Source: Candidatus Krumholzibacteriia bacterium (GTDB taxonomy: Bacteria; Krumholzibacteriota; Krumholzibacteriia; WVZY01). From it: a DNA stretch of 64,000 nt. The stretch's first letter is position 1. Each line of letters opens with the position of its first letter. Positions 7,866-21,914 of the stretch are shown here, in pieces. The notes below the pieces were generated by a model that worked only from the letters and a program-made list of their open reading frames with translations, made no database searches and was not told the DNA's origin. The position numbers were made by a program, and so were the translations under genes. The stretch is taken from contig JBHHVD010000002.1 in assembly GCA_046754105.1 (NCBI GenBank), positions 16,484 through 80,483 of the forward strand. The letters are read 5' to 3'.

Positions 7866-9374
7866 CTAGCGGGATCGGCCCCTGACCTCGCTCAGCGTAT
7901 AGACGTGTCCTTCCCGATCCACCATCAGCACGCGCGTTCCCGGTGATTCCCCCCTGGATATCCACTGGCGGTCCGGCTCGAGGACGACGTTTATGGACGG
8001 ATCGCCGAGAGCCATCGCGACCAACGCACCATTGCCCAGAGCCCAAAACAGATCCCGCTTTCGTCCCCCGGTATCCACCTGTTGCCAATCGTAATAAACC
8101 ATGTGCACGGTTCGAATCCCCTGCCCGTTGCCGACCTTTGAGACGATGTCGTCATGAATGGTACGGCCGAGCCGCGACCGGCGGATGACGAAGCTGGCAT
8201 CGGCCCACACACGAGGATCCGATGCCCGCCGCAACTGGGTATGGACGGACACGAGGGATGTGCCAAACAATCCCGCCACGAGGACCGACGCCGTGACGAC
8301 GCGGGCCCGCGGCGCGCGCAGAGCGCGGATGCGAAAGAGATCGCTCAGTGCCAGCGCCGAGAGGTAAAAGACGCCCAGCGCCGCCGGGTAGGTGTGGTAG
8401 TAGAACTCGTGCTCGCGGAGGAACAACGTGGGAAACAACGTGGCCAGTACGAACGCGCCGGCGAAGACCACCGGCGTGACGCGGCGCCGTACGAGATGAT
8501 ACCCGACGAGTGCGACGAGAATCACGTGCGTCACCCGGGGGGCCAGGGGCGCCGCGGTGATCCGGTTCGACACGGCCGGCCAGGGGTTGGTCATAGCGCC
8601 GAGGTAGGCGGCGAGGTTCTCGAGCACGTTCCTGCCGTACGCAAACCCCGCATAACCGGAGTCGGGCACGCCCTTGAACACGCGGGCGAGTGTGTACACG
8701 CTGAAAACCAGCACGTGGGGCCACAGCGTCCGCAGGATTTCGGAGGGCGAGCGGCGCCGGCCTCCGATACCGAGCGCAGCCAGCACGACGAGCAGCGGGC
8801 CGGCGGCGAACGTCTGTTCGAGGCTCAGGACGGCGAGCACGTAGGCCAGCGCCGATACGAACCCCAGAGGGCGGGATCGCTCCTGCACGGCACGAATCCC
8901 CGTCCACAGACAAGTGAGGAAAAAAAGCGTGCCGGCGAGCTGCTGGATGCAGGCGACCCATGCCACGGCGTTCAGGAAGGCGACGTTCATCCCGAACAAC
9001 GCGCTCGCCAGTACCGCCGGCAGCCGGCGGACTCCCAGCCGGCCGATCACCTTGAAAACCAGCCACGTATTGGCAACGTGGACGAGGAGGGAGACGAGGT
9101 GGTAGGCGAACGGCTTGAGGCCGAAGGCCGCGTACATGACAGCGAAGTAGAGGTATTTCGTCAGCGGGCGGTAGTGGTGCTTGGTAAACGCGAACCCCCA
9201 GCCCGGCTCGTTCACGGCACGCTGCATCAACATGAAGTCGTCCTGCGCGAAGAACAGGACCAGCACGGGCAGGAATGTCACCGCGGTGAGCACCAGCGTC
9301 GAGGCCAGCAAGGCCCGCACCGGACCGCGCCGGCCATCGGGGAATTCGTCGCGTAAAGTGTCGCTGGACGTCAT
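7866..9374 (-). CDS. polytopic GT-C (ArnT/PMT-like) membrane glycosyltransferase
   Basis: many TM segments; FFAQDDF, YRPL and YHLVSLLVH motifs; start uncertain (9374 or 9419). Confidence 0.6.
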   Translation of the reverse strand: MTSSDTLRDEFPDGRRGPVRALLASTLVLTAVTFLPVLVLFFAQDDFMLMQRAVNEPGWGFAFTKHHYRPLTKYLYFAVMYAAFGLKPFAYHLVSLLVHVANTWLVFKVIGRLGVRRLPAVLASALFGMNVAFLNAVAWVACIQQLAGTLFFLTCLWTGIRAVQERSRPLGFVSALAYVLAVLSLEQTFAAGPLLVVLAALGIGGRRRSPSEILRTLWPHVLVFSVYTLARVFKGVPDSGYAGFAYGRNVLENLAAYLGAMTNPWPAVSNRITAAPLAPRVTHVILVALVGYHLVRRRVTPVVFAGAFVLATLFPTLFLREHEFYYHTYPAALGVFYLSALALSDLFRIRALRAPRARVVTASVLVAGLFGTSLVSVHTQLRRASDPRVWADASFVIRRSRLGRTIHDDIVSKVGNGQGIRTVHMVYYDWQQVDTGGRKRDLFWALGNGALVAMALGDPSINVVLEPDRQWISRGESPGTRVLMVDREGHVYTLSEVRGRSR

Positions 9375-9620
9375 GATCGCGTCAGGGCGGGCAAGCGCCG
9401 CTTTCCCCGCTGGCCGCATCGTACCACAACCAGCGGCGATGCGATTTCATTTTCCTTGAGAATGGTAAAGGCGCCGTTCGTCCGTTCGACACGTGCCCGG
9501 GAGGCTTGGGCCGTGGTATGCTCGTCCGGCTCCCGGGCGCGGGCCTCCCGCGTGCCGACGAGCACGCTCGGCACGTGATGCTTTCGAAGGGGTTTGTGTT
9601 GACACGAAGTTGTTATACGA

Positions 9621-10496
9621 ATGGCTGCTAGCGCCGCACGGCTGCGAACGACGATCCTGACCGGGTTGGCTCTGGTGGCGTTCGCCGGGAACTCCGTCCT
9701 GTGCCGTCTGGCCTTGGGTGATGCGGCCATCGACGCGTCCAGCTTCTCGACCCTCCGCCTGGTGTCGGGCGCGTTGACACTGTCGCTGATCGCCGTCGTA
9801 CCGGGGAGAAAGACGACCGTACGGCACGGCGGTGGCTGGCTCCCGGCAACGATGCTGTTTCTCTACGCGGTCGCCTTTTCGTTCGCGTACATGAGTCTAA
9901 GCACGGCCACGGGTGCTCTTATCCTGTTTGGTGCCGTACAGGCCACCATGATTCTGTCGGCCCTGGCCTTCGGAGAGCGACCACGTCCATTGGAGTGGAT
10001 CGGACTCGGGCTCGCCCTCTGCGGACTGGTTTACCTCGTGCTCCCCGGGCTGGCCGCGCCCTCCCCCGCCGGGTCCGCACTGATGACGGTTGCCGGTATC
10101 GCGTGGGGCGCCTATTCACTCAGGGGCCGGGGCGCCGGCGATCCCACCGCGGCAACGACCGGCAATTTCGTGCGCTCCGTACCGCTGGTTGTCGCGGTTA
10201 GCGTAATCATGCTAAAACACATCCACATTTCACCGCGGGGCGCGCTGCTCGCGGCTTCATCCGGCGCCATCGCTTCGGGGTTGGGCTACGTGGCCTGGTA
10301 CGCCGCACTCCGTGGGCTCACCGCGACACGGGCTGCGATGGTGCAACTTGCCGTACCCGTGCTGGCAGCGCTGGGAGGCGTAGCCGTGCTCTCCGAGGAA
10401 GTCTCCTTGCGCCTGCTCATGTCGGCGATTCTCATACTGGGCGGGATCGGTCTGTCCGTAACGGGTGGCAGGACGTCCCGGGAGCGGGGATCGTAA
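9621..10496 (+). CDS. DMT/EamA family transporter
   Basis: ~10 TM helices, two EamA repeats, AFAGNSVLCRLAL motif. Confidence 0.88.
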   Translation: MAASAARLRTTILTGLALVAFAGNSVLCRLALGDAAIDASSFSTLRLVSGALTLSLIAVVPGRKTTVRHGGGWLPATMLFLYAVAFSFAYMSLSTATGALILFGAVQATMILSALAFGERPRPLEWIGLGLALCGLVYLVLPGLAAPSPAGSALMTVAGIAWGAYSLRGRGAGDPTAATTGNFVRSVPLVVAVSVIMLKHIHISPRGALLAASSGAIASGLGYVAWYAALRGLTATRAAMVQLAVPVLAALGGVAVLSEEVSLRLLMSAILILGGIGLSVTGGRTSRERGS

Positions 10497-10565
10497 CCGG
10501 TCGGACGGCATGCCATCCAACCGGCAGCTTGACATACGGCAACTCCGGCGCCCGGAAGGAAGGGT

Positions 10566-12083
10566 TCATTCGCCGGGAAGCTGCCGGCGGGCCCTCATCT
10601 CCTCTACGGTGTAACAATGGCCGAGGTAATCGAAGAAAAAGACCGCCGAACCGGCCCCATGATCCGGCATGCCTTCCTTGGCCTCTTGAAACCTTACATC
10701 CAGTCCCGGAGCCGAGAAAAACAACCGAAAGGCGTCTCCATCCGCCAGCGCCGACATCACGTTCTTTCCCTGCCAGCCCATCTCGCCGGGATATACCATG
10801 AGAAGTCTCCCATGCCGGTAGATGTTCGCGGCGTTGCGCATCATGTCGTCGTAGGCGTTCCTGGCGATCACGGCTCTCCGGAAGACGACGTGCCTGCGCA
10901 TCTCGCCGCTCGATCCCAACGTGCTGGTCTCGTTCGCCCGGACTTTTGTATAGGAGATGACCGAGAGCATGATTACGATGGCCGCCGCAGACAAGCGTGC
11001 GAACCGCGGACCCGCCGCGCGCAGGACCGAATACAAATCCTCGACCACCGGCGCCACCAGGTAGAGCATGCCGAAGGCCGGCACATAGTTGTGCGTGAAC
11101 GCCTTGTGTTGCTGCAGGAAGAGAACGGGAAGAAGGGCGAGGAGATAGAAGGAAACACCGAGAATCACCGTGTCCCCGCGTCCCCGCGAGAGGTTATAGA
11201 CGATGACCAGCAACAGGATAAAATGAGCCGACGTGATTCCAGGCGAATATGCATTGAACGCGAAGGGGACCTCAATCGCCAGATCGAACATCCAATCCAC
11301 GTAGGTCAGGACGTTGGAGAGGACGTTCCAACCGGCGGCGAACTCGTACGGGCCGGATCTGGGTATCCCGCGCCGGATGAATACGAACAGAAGATAAACC
11401 GCCATGGCGGTGAGAAGAGGCCACGTGCGGCGCAGGGCCGATGCGAGGCGTTCACGGAGCGGTCTCGCCTTGTCCTGCAGAAGAAAAAACACCACGAGAA
11501 AGAGCGGAATGGCGCAGGTTTGCTCCATGGCTGCGAGCGCGAGCACGTAGGTCACGGCACTCGCCGTTGTGAAAAACAATCGGCTCCGTCCCTGTGTGCG
11601 CAGGGCAAGGTGGAGCGTACTCAGCGCCAGCAGCGCTGATAACAGTTGCTGTATGCAGGAAATCCAGGCGATGACGCTCAGAAAGCCGACGTGCAAGGCG
11701 AAGAACAACGTCACGACGAGAGCCGGCACCCGGCTGATTCTCAAACGCCTCAGCAGCAGAAAGATCAACACGGAGTTCAAGAAATGCAGTACCAGGGACA
11801 CGATGTGATACGGCAGTGGATTGAGTCCGAACAGCGGGTACATGAGCCGAAAGTAGATGTATTTGGTAAGCGGTCGAAACTGCCCCGGCGCCGAACCGAA
11901 CGTAATGGCCATCGATGATTTCATCGAAAAGTTCGCCGCGTACATGAGCCCGAAATCGTCCTGGGCAAAGAAATAGCCCGTCGTAGGCAAGAAGCAAACC
12001 ACGATCAGCAACGCAATACCGGCGAGCGCCAGGACGGTGGCGCCCCTGCGATTCCGTGCTTCGTTCATAGTCTCTGCTGTCAT
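10566..12083 (-). CDS. polytopic GT-C membrane glycosyltransferase, paralog of 7866-9374
   Basis: FFAQDDF, FRPLTKY, YHIVSLVLH and WISCIQQL motifs; the longer ORF start overlaps the tRNA, so a downstream ATG was chosen. Confidence 0.6.
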   Translation of the reverse strand: MTAETMNEARNRRGATVLALAGIALLIVVCFLPTTGYFFAQDDFGLMYAANFSMKSSMAITFGSAPGQFRPLTKYIYFRLMYPLFGLNPLPYHIVSLVLHFLNSVLIFLLLRRLRISRVPALVVTLFFALHVGFLSVIAWISCIQQLLSALLALSTLHLALRTQGRSRLFFTTASAVTYVLALAAMEQTCAIPLFLVVFFLLQDKARPLRERLASALRRTWPLLTAMAVYLLFVFIRRGIPRSGPYEFAAGWNVLSNVLTYVDWMFDLAIEVPFAFNAYSPGITSAHFILLLVIVYNLSRGRGDTVILGVSFYLLALLPVLFLQQHKAFTHNYVPAFGMLYLVAPVVEDLYSVLRAAGPRFARLSAAAIVIMLSVISYTKVRANETSTLGSSGEMRRHVVFRRAVIARNAYDDMMRNAANIYRHGRLLMVYPGEMGWQGKNVMSALADGDAFRLFFSAPGLDVRFQEAKEGMPDHGAGSAVFFFDYLGHCYTVEEMRARRQLPGE

Positions 12084-12110
12084 AACGGAGGGCGCCGCGC
12101 GGCGATAATA

Positions 12111-12187
12111 TGGTGCCCCCGAGACGATTCGAACGTCCGACACCCGGTTTAGGAAACCGGTGCTCTATCCAACTGAGCTACGGGGGC
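12111..12187 (-). tRNA. tRNA-Arg (CCT)
   Basis: cloverleaf GCCCCCG...; anticodon loop TTCCTAA; GTTCGAA T-loop; encoded CCA. Confidence 0.96.
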
Positions 12188-12210
12188 ACGTTGTTTAGAA
12201 GGTAACCGGA

Positions 12211-12735
12211 TCAGTCGTACTGGATCAACGAAAACACGGGGGTGCCGTCGAGCTTCGCACGCCCGCCGAGTCCCTCAAGCTCGATGACGAAGCCCACTTC
12301 GATCACTTCCCCACCGAGTTTGTTCACCAGGGCCACGGACGCCGCGGCGGTGCCACCGGTCGCGAGCAGGTCATCGAACAACAGCACGCGGTCCCCGGGG
12401 GATACCGCGTCCTTGTGGATCTCGAGTGTCGATTCGCCGTACTCGAGCAGATAGGATTCGGCTACCGTCTCATAAGGCAGCTTGCCGGGTTTGCGCAGCG
12501 GCACGAACGCGGCTCCCAGGCTGTAGGACAGCGGCGCGGCAAAAAGAAACCCACGCGACTCGATGGCGACGATCTTGTCGATGCGACTGCCCTCATAGCG
12601 CTCGCGCAGCAGGTCGATCGTGCTTCGAAACGCGTCCGGGTTCATCAACAGCGGCGTGATGTCCCTGAAGAGGATCCCCGGCTTCGGAAAATCGGGGATG
12701 TCTCGGATATGCGATTTCAATTGCTCGGTGTTCAT
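12211..12735 (-). CDS. apt: adenine phosphoribosyltransferase
   Basis: [22 protein letters not shown] and DDLLATGGT motifs. Confidence 0.97.
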   Translation of the reverse strand: MNTEQLKSHIRDIPDFPKPGILFRDITPLLMNPDAFRSTIDLLRERYEGSRIDKIVAIESRGFLFAAPLSYSLGAAFVPLRKPGKLPYETVAESYLLEYGESTLEIHKDAVSPGDRVLLFDDLLATGGTAAASVALVNKLGGEVIEVGFVIELEGLGGRAKLDGTPVFSLIQYD

Positions 12736-13599
12736 TTACTGTACCTTGCCTCCGGATAGCATCAGCTTGAGTTTCTGCAACGCCCGTTTCTCTATCTGAC
12801 GGATGCGCTCCCGCGACACACCGATCATCTTGCCCGTCTCGGCCAGCGTGCGCGGATGCCCGTCCGCCAGGCCGTAGCGGGTTCGCAAAATCTGTTGTTC
12901 CCGTTCACTGAGGTATTTCTCCATATATTCCGTAATCTGTTCGTTCTCCAGTTGGATCGATATGATCTTCTCGGGGCTTGGCGTATCCTGCTGCGCCGCG
13001 TCGGTGGACAGCTTCTGCAGGGCTTCGGCCGTTACGCTGAACTCCTCCGAGCGGATGCCGTGGATCAGGCTCTTGACCAGGCGGATCTTCTTGACGTTGA
13101 CCCCGAGGTCTGTAGCGGCCCGTTCCTCGTCGGGCGCACGATCCGCGTACCGCTCCTCGAGTCGCAGGTAACGATTGATCAGTTGGTAGATGTGAATCGG
13201 GATCCGGATTGATTTCGACTGGTTGGCGATGGCCCGCGTCATCGACTGCTTGATCCACAACGAAGCGTAGGTACTGAAACGAAATCCCTTTGAGTAATCA
13301 AACTTACCGGCGGCGCGGATCAGACCGATATTGCCCTCCTCGACGAGGTCGAGAAAACTGAGGCCCTGACCGAGGTAGCGCTTGGCGATGGTGACGACCA
13401 GGCGCAGGTTGGAAATGATCAGAGTGCGCTTGGCCTCCTCGTCACCGCCCTCCATCACCGCCTTGCCGAGCGTCTGCTCCTCTTCGGCGCTCAGGAGCGG
13501 GTGTCGATTTATTTCGGAAAGGTAGCGGGTCTGAATATCATAGTCCCCGCCCGCCTGGGATGTGGTGCGTGCCGCTCCGGACTCCTTTTTCCTTGGCAT
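12736..13599 (-). CDS. sigma70-family RNA polymerase sigma factor (RpoD/RpoS-like, no region 1.1)
   Basis: regions 1.2 (YLSEI..PLL), 2 (EGNIGLIRA..KFD..KGFRFSTYA) and 4 (SRERIRQIE); surE-pcm...apt context resembles rpoS loci. Confidence 0.88.
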   Translation of the reverse strand: MPRKKESGAARTTSQAGGDYDIQTRYLSEINRHPLLSAEEEQTLGKAVMEGGDEEAKRTLIISNLRLVVTIAKRYLGQGLSFLDLVEEGNIGLIRAAGKFDYSKGFRFSTYASLWIKQSMTRAIANQSKSIRIPIHIYQLINRYLRLEERYADRAPDEERAATDLGVNVKKIRLVKSLIHGIRSEEFSVTAEALQKLSTDAAQQDTPSPEKIISIQLENEQITEYMEKYLSEREQQILRTRYGLADGHPRTLAETGKMIGVSRERIRQIEKRALQKLKLMLSGGKVQ

Positions 13600-13644
13600 A
13601 CTCGATCCCATGGAAGCCCCGGGGGGTTCCCCGGGGCGGTTCAA

Positions 13645-13722
<78 letters not shown>

Positions 13723-13932
13723 ACATCGATGATTTCCGGGATCGAGAGCCGGAGACGCCCGTGCCGCCCGACCTGAACCCAACCTAAGTCTTTAGAATGT
13801 AACATCTATTCGAATTCATTCAACCACATCTTTCGGCGCTCCCGGGCGGCGATCCCCGAGGACGGCCGCCGGCTTTCGGGCGGGCCCGCCTGCGGTGTGG
13901 GTCGGAGGCCACGCCGCCCCATCTACAGCGGC

Positions 13933-13962
13933 TTGACCCGGGCGCGGGTACGGCATTACAAT
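13933..13962 (+). promoter_or_regulatory. sigma70-type promoter for metH
   Basis: TTGACC - 18 nt - TACAAT. Confidence 0.55.
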
Positions 13963-14043
13963 ACATCCAATTACACACGCCCCCCGCCACCTGCGCGGGC
14001 CCGTAAACGCTTCCGCTCCAGACACGCATCCAGGAATGGGAAA

Positions 14044-17762
<3,719 letters not shown>

Positions 17763-17798
17763 GCGCACGAGCTCGTACGCGCTTCTGCGACACGCCCC

Positions 17799-18305
17799 TC
17801 ACGGTGTCCCGCTCGAAACTCCCCACACCGAAATCAATCCCAGCGCCGCCAGCGTGACTACGACACCGGCGATACAGATGCCGGCGAAGACGGCCGGCAG
17901 TGCCACGCGTTTCTTGACACCGAAGAGGAATGCGGCCACGGTTCCGGTCCATGCTCCGGTGACCGGCAGCGGTATCGCGACGAACAGGACGAGTCCCAGG
18001 ATCTCGAATCGCTCGATCAAGCGGCCCTTGCGACGCGTGCGGGCGAAGAGCCAGTCGAAAAACCGGTCGAACGTCTTGTAGCGCCGAAGATACTCCGACA
18101 CCGGACCGATCAAGTACAGAATCGGAATGACGGGAATGAAATTTGCGATGACGGCAATCGAGTACGCCTCCTGCCACGGCATCTTGCCCACGGCAATCGC
18201 GTATGGAATGGCCCCTCGCAATTCTGAAATCGGGAGCATGGCCAGCACGGCGGTCGTCACCTCGTGCGGCGAGCTGGACATGAGGTCGATCAGTTTTTCT
18301 CGCAT
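17799..18305 (-). CDS. COG2426 small multi-drug export family membrane protein
   Basis: PISELRGAIP and FVAIPLPVTGAWTG motifs. Confidence 0.85.
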   Translation of the reverse strand: MREKLIDLMSSSPHEVTTAVLAMLPISELRGAIPYAIAVGKMPWQEAYSIAVIANFIPVIPILYLIGPVSEYLRRYKTFDRFFDWLFARTRRKGRLIERFEILGLVLFVAIPLPVTGAWTGTVAAFLFGVKKRVALPAVFAGICIAGVVVTLAALGLISVWGVSSGTP

Positions 18306-18985
18306 CGTGGGATCGCAGGTGGTTGGGGGGCGCCCGGGTGCTCCGCCGTACCGCGGACCAGGGGCACGAAGGAACAGTCCCTGAGTTTCTCGAGGTGGAA
18401 CGAGTTGTGCCGGCGCGTGAGCTTGACGATGTGCTGTTTTGTCTTACCGTCGGCGACCGGCCCCAACAGAAACCCTCCCTCGGCCAACTGGGTCACGAGT
18501 GCCTCCGGCACCCCCGCGGCCGCCGCCGTCAACAGGATGCGGTCGAACGGGGCCCGCTCGCACCAGCCTCGGGCGCCGTCGCCGGTCTTTACAAAAACCG
18601 ACTCGATACGCAGCCTGTCGAAGATCGCTTCCGCCCGCCGCGCCAGCCCGGGAATCCGCTCGATGGAACACACGTTCGACGCAAGCCGCGACAACACCGC
18701 GGCCTGGTAACCGGAACCCGTCCCGATTTCCAGTATATTCTCGTTTCCCTGCAGTTCGAGTTCCTGGGCCAGGTAGGCCACCATGTACGGCTGTGACATG
18801 GTCTGCGCATGACCGATCGGGAACGCGTGGTTGCTGTACGCTTCTGAACCCGCCTCGTGGTCGAGAAAAAGGTGCCTCGGAACGGCTTGCATCGCGTCGA
18901 GCACGCGAGGGTCGGTGATGCCACCCGGGATGATCTGCTCGCGCACCATCCGCGCCCGCGCCACGGGGTAGTCCTGGAAGCTCAT
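18290..18985 (-). CDS. pcm: protein-L-isoaspartate O-methyltransferase
   Basis: VPRHLF, QTMSQPY, LEIGTGSGYQAA and FVPL motifs. Confidence 0.95.
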   Translation of the reverse strand: MSFQDYPVARARMVREQIIPGGITDPRVLDAMQAVPRHLFLDHEAGSEAYSNHAFPIGHAQTMSQPYMVAYLAQELELQGNENILEIGTGSGYQAAVLSRLASNVCSIERIPGLARRAEAIFDRLRIESVFVKTGDGARGWCERAPFDRILLTAAAAGVPEALVTQLAEGGFLLGPVADGKTKQHIVKLTRRHNSFHLEKLRDCSFVPLVRGTAEHPGAPQPPAIPRCEKN

Positions 18986-19737
18986 AGGTCGAAGCGCCAC
19001 CTCTCCATTTCCACGATGGATTTGTAGTGCGTCAGATCGAGATGCAGCGGCGTGATCGACACGTAGCCGCTGCGGATCGCGGCGATGTCAGTTCCCTCTT
19101 CGTCCTTCCACACGGGCTCGTCTTCTCCGCCGATTACGAAGCCCTTCTCACCCGTCTGGTCCCTTTGTTCCCGCAACAAATTGTCATACGCCCTCGAACC
19201 CAGGCGCGTGACCCGCGCACCCTTTATGGCGGAGATCTCGGGGTTCGGGATGTTGACATTCAGCAGCGAACCCTCCGGCAGGCCGTGCTTGAGTGCCGCT
19301 TCCACTATCGTCCGGGCCACGCGGCCGATCTCCTCAGTGCTCGAAACGCTCTTTTGCAGGGAGGAAAAGGCGATCGACGGCACGCCAAGTATGGTGCCCT
19401 CTATGGCGGCGGCGACCGTGCCGCTGTAGGTTACGTCTTCGCCCATGTTGGGACCGTGGTTCACGCCGGAAATTACCAGGTCCGGCTTGCGGTCCAGCAG
19501 TACCTCGATCGCCAGCAGCACGCAGTCCGTCGGTGTACCGTCGACCGTGTGGCGGTTGTCGCCCAGGCAGCGGGTGGCGATCTGCTTGCGCAGCGTCAAG
19601 GAGTGGCTGCTGGCGCTTTGCTGGTTGAGAGGCGCCACGACGGAGATATCGCCCAGAGCTTCCATGGCGTCTACCAGCACCTGCAGGCCGGCCGCGTCGT
19701 GGCCGTCATCGTTGGTGAGCAGGATTGCGAGGGACAT
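18982..19737 (-). CDS. surE: 5'/3'-nucleotidase SurE
   Basis: ILLTNDDG, GTPTDCV, SGVNHGPN and YSGTVAAA motifs. Confidence 0.97.
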   Translation of the reverse strand: MSLAILLTNDDGHDAAGLQVLVDAMEALGDISVVAPLNQQSASSHSLTLRKQIATRCLGDNRHTVDGTPTDCVLLAIEVLLDRKPDLVISGVNHGPNMGEDVTYSGTVAAAIEGTILGVPSIAFSSLQKSVSSTEEIGRVARTIVEAALKHGLPEGSLLNVNIPNPEISAIKGARVTRLGSRAYDNLLREQRDQTGEKGFVIGGEDEPVWKDEEGTDIAAIRSGYVSITPLHLDLTHYKSIVEMERWRFDL

Positions 19738-19773
19738 GATTTCAACCTTTCGCGCGACAAAGTTCGCCCGAGC

Positions 19774-20460
19774 CTACCAGAAGAGGCTCTTTAGCACCAG
19801 CCGCAAAAATCGCAGCGTATCGACCAGCGGGTTGACCCCGCTCTTTTCCGTGCCGTAGATCGTCTCGACCGGGACGGAATCGATTTTCGCCCCGGCCCGG
19901 CCCGCCTTGATCAAGATTTCGGACTCGGTATCGTAGCGCGTCGTCTCCAGTCGCAAACGGTCGAAAAGAGAGGTCCTCAGCATCCGGTAGCCGTTTTGCG
20001 AATCGGGGACGCGGGCGTGGGCCCGCAGCGACACAAAGGCGGAGGTCACGCGGTTGGCGAAAACCCGCAGGGGTGGCATGTCGCCCCGCTCGCCCATGCG
20101 GTTGCCGACGATGACGTCGGCGCCGGTTGCTGCTTGCCGCTCGATGAAACGCGGTATTTCATCCGGATTGTGTTGCCCATCGGCGTCGAGTGTGATTACG
20201 AATTGCATGTCGAGCGACCGTGCCTTGTCGATCCCGGAGGCAAGCGCCGCCCCCTTGCCCAAGTTGCGCGGATGAACGACCACGTGCACGCCGTGCGCGC
20301 GGGCGAGTGCCCCGCTGCCATCGTCAGAACCGTCGTCGACCACGATTACCGGCAGCTTGAAGACCGCCACGCGCTCCAGGACACCGGCGAGATGACGGGC
20401 AGCGTTCCACGCGGGAATCACCACCGCGGTGGCACCCAGGGCTGCCTTAGATGCGATCAA
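19774..20460 (-). CDS. GT2 glycosyltransferase (Dpm1/polyprenol-phosphate sugar synthase-like)
   Basis: VIPAWN, VDDGSDD, NLGKG, DADGQH and DSQNGYR motifs. Confidence 0.88.
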   Translation of the reverse strand: MIASKAALGATAVVIPAWNAARHLAGVLERVAVFKLPVIVVDDGSDDGSGALARAHGVHVVVHPRNLGKGAALASGIDKARSLDMQFVITLDADGQHNPDEIPRFIERQAATGADVIVGNRMGERGDMPPLRVFANRVTSAFVSLRAHARVPDSQNGYRMLRTSLFDRLRLETTRYDTESEILIKAGRAGAKIDSVPVETIYGTEKSGVNPLVDTLRFLRLVLKSLFW

Positions 20461-21298
20461 AGTTGAACCACTGGTCGGGGTGCCGGGAGATGAAGGTTTC
20501 CATGTCGCCGCGGCAGTCTTCCTGCAGCCGCACCATCGCCCCCTCGTACCCGAGACTCCGGTCCGGAAAATGAGGACCGTTGTGGACGAATCGAAAACCG
20601 TTGCGCCCGTTGAAGAGGCAGGCCGTCGTCACTACGGGCACGCCGCAACGCACGGCCAGCGCCGCGTGTCCGATCGGCAGTTCGAACCGATGACCGAACA
20701 TGCGCGAGACGCGTTTGCGCCCGCCGTACGGTCGGTCGATGAGGAGGACGATGCTCTTGCCTTCACGAAGCACCCGCTGCAACGAGCCTGCCGATGCACG
20801 GCCCATGGACACCCCCTCGATCCCCGCGTGGGAGCGTCGTTCATCAAAGAAACGCGTGACGTGACGGGAAGGATGCGGAAACGCGATGGTGGCCAGCTCG
20901 ATGCCGAGCGCGGCCAGACAGGCTCCGCCCACCTCCCAGGCACCCAGGTGGGGCCCGGCGAGGATGAACGCGCCCTTGCGGCGCAGGTCTCGCGTCACTT
21001 CGTCGAGGCCGTCGTAATCGCAGTTCGCCCTGAGTTCTTCCGGGTCGATAAAAGGCAGTCGCAGGAAATAACAGATGCTCCGCGCAAAGTTCGAGAAGAC
21101 GGCCCGCGTTACCCTGCGGCGCTCCATCTCCGTCGCCTCCGGGATGATCCGGCGCAGGTTGTGCATGACGTTCCCCCGCGAACGGCGGCGGAACACGTAT
21201 TGGGTCTTGAGGATCGCTTCGGTAATAGATTCTGAGACTTCGGGAGGCAGACGCCGCGCAAAAAATGCGCCGAGCTTATAACAGGCGACACTGATCAT
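20447..21298 (-). CDS. lysophospholipid / lipid A lauroyl (LpxL/PatA-like) acyltransferase
   Basis: HLGAWE catalytic motif; C-terminal HPDQWF. Confidence 0.82.
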   Translation of the reverse strand: MISVACYKLGAFFARRLPPEVSESITEAILKTQYVFRRRSRGNVMHNLRRIIPEATEMERRRVTRAVFSNFARSICYFLRLPFIDPEELRANCDYDGLDEVTRDLRRKGAFILAGPHLGAWEVGGACLAALGIELATIAFPHPSRHVTRFFDERRSHAGIEGVSMGRASAGSLQRVLREGKSIVLLIDRPYGGRKRVSRMFGHRFELPIGHAALAVRCGVPVVTTACLFNGRNGFRFVHNGPHFPDRSLGYEGAMVRLQEDCRGDMETFISRHPDQWFNFDRI

Positions 21299-21394
21299 TC
21301 ACTCGCTACACCCACCTGACACCGTCACCGGCGATTGAGGTGCATTCCGGTTCAGGTCGCCGCATGCGGATACGGGTCAACGAACGCAAAAAAA

Positions 21395-21472
21395 TGGTCG
21401 GGGCGACTGGATTTGAACCAGCGACCACTTGTCCCCCAGACAAGTGCGCTAACCGGGCTGCGCTACGCCCCG
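21395..21472 (-). tRNA. tRNA-Pro (GGG)
   Basis: cloverleaf; anticodon loop CTGGGGG; CCA end. Confidence 0.96.
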
Positions 21473-21510
21473 ACCTACGTATCTTACAATAACACTGGAA
21501 CTTGACGGAT

Positions 21511-21912
21511 TCAAGCGGAATCGACCTCTTCCTGCTTCTTCACACCCTTTTCCACCATGCCGCGCAGCTCTTCCAGTTCGTCCTTGATCGTCGATAAGAT
21601 CGCCCGCGCGTGCGGGTCGGCAAACGGGATCTGCAGCTGGTCGATCAAGGGGTCGGGGTTGCCGTAGTGCTCCTGGAGCTTCTTGCGCGCGCCGCTTATG
21701 GTGAACTTCTCCCGGTAGAGCAGGTCCTTGATGACCAGAACCGCCTTGATTTCCTTCGGGCGGTAGTTGCGATTCCCCGCGCGATTCTTCTTCGGGCGCA
21801 GACTGGGAAATTCCGTTTCCCAATAGCGCAGCACGTGTGCCTTGACACCGGTCATAGCGGCAACTTCGCTGATGGAGTAGTACATCTTGGCCGAACCGGT
21901 CTTGTACCTCAT
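21511..21912 (-). CDS. MerR-family HTH transcriptional regulator
   Basis: YYSISEVA..HVLRYWETEF..LRPKK..GNRNY; MerR-tRNA-Pro-surE synteny. Confidence 0.9.
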   Translation of the reverse strand: MRYKTGSAKMYYSISEVAAMTGVKAHVLRYWETEFPSLRPKKNRAGNRNYRPKEIKAVLVIKDLLYREKFTISGARKKLQEHYGNPDPLIDQLQIPFADPHARAILSTIKDELEELRGMVEKGVKKQEEVDSA

Positions 21913-21914
21913 AC

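Noticed and set aside
10521..10587. Inverted repeat containing CCGGAAGGAAG, reminiscent of SRP RNA
   Set aside because: Lacks the CAGG/AGCA internal loops and overlaps a CDS end
13723..14043. SAM or cobalamin riboswitch upstream of metH
   Set aside because: No recognisable SAM-I or B12-box motifs; predicted leader is only ~75 nt
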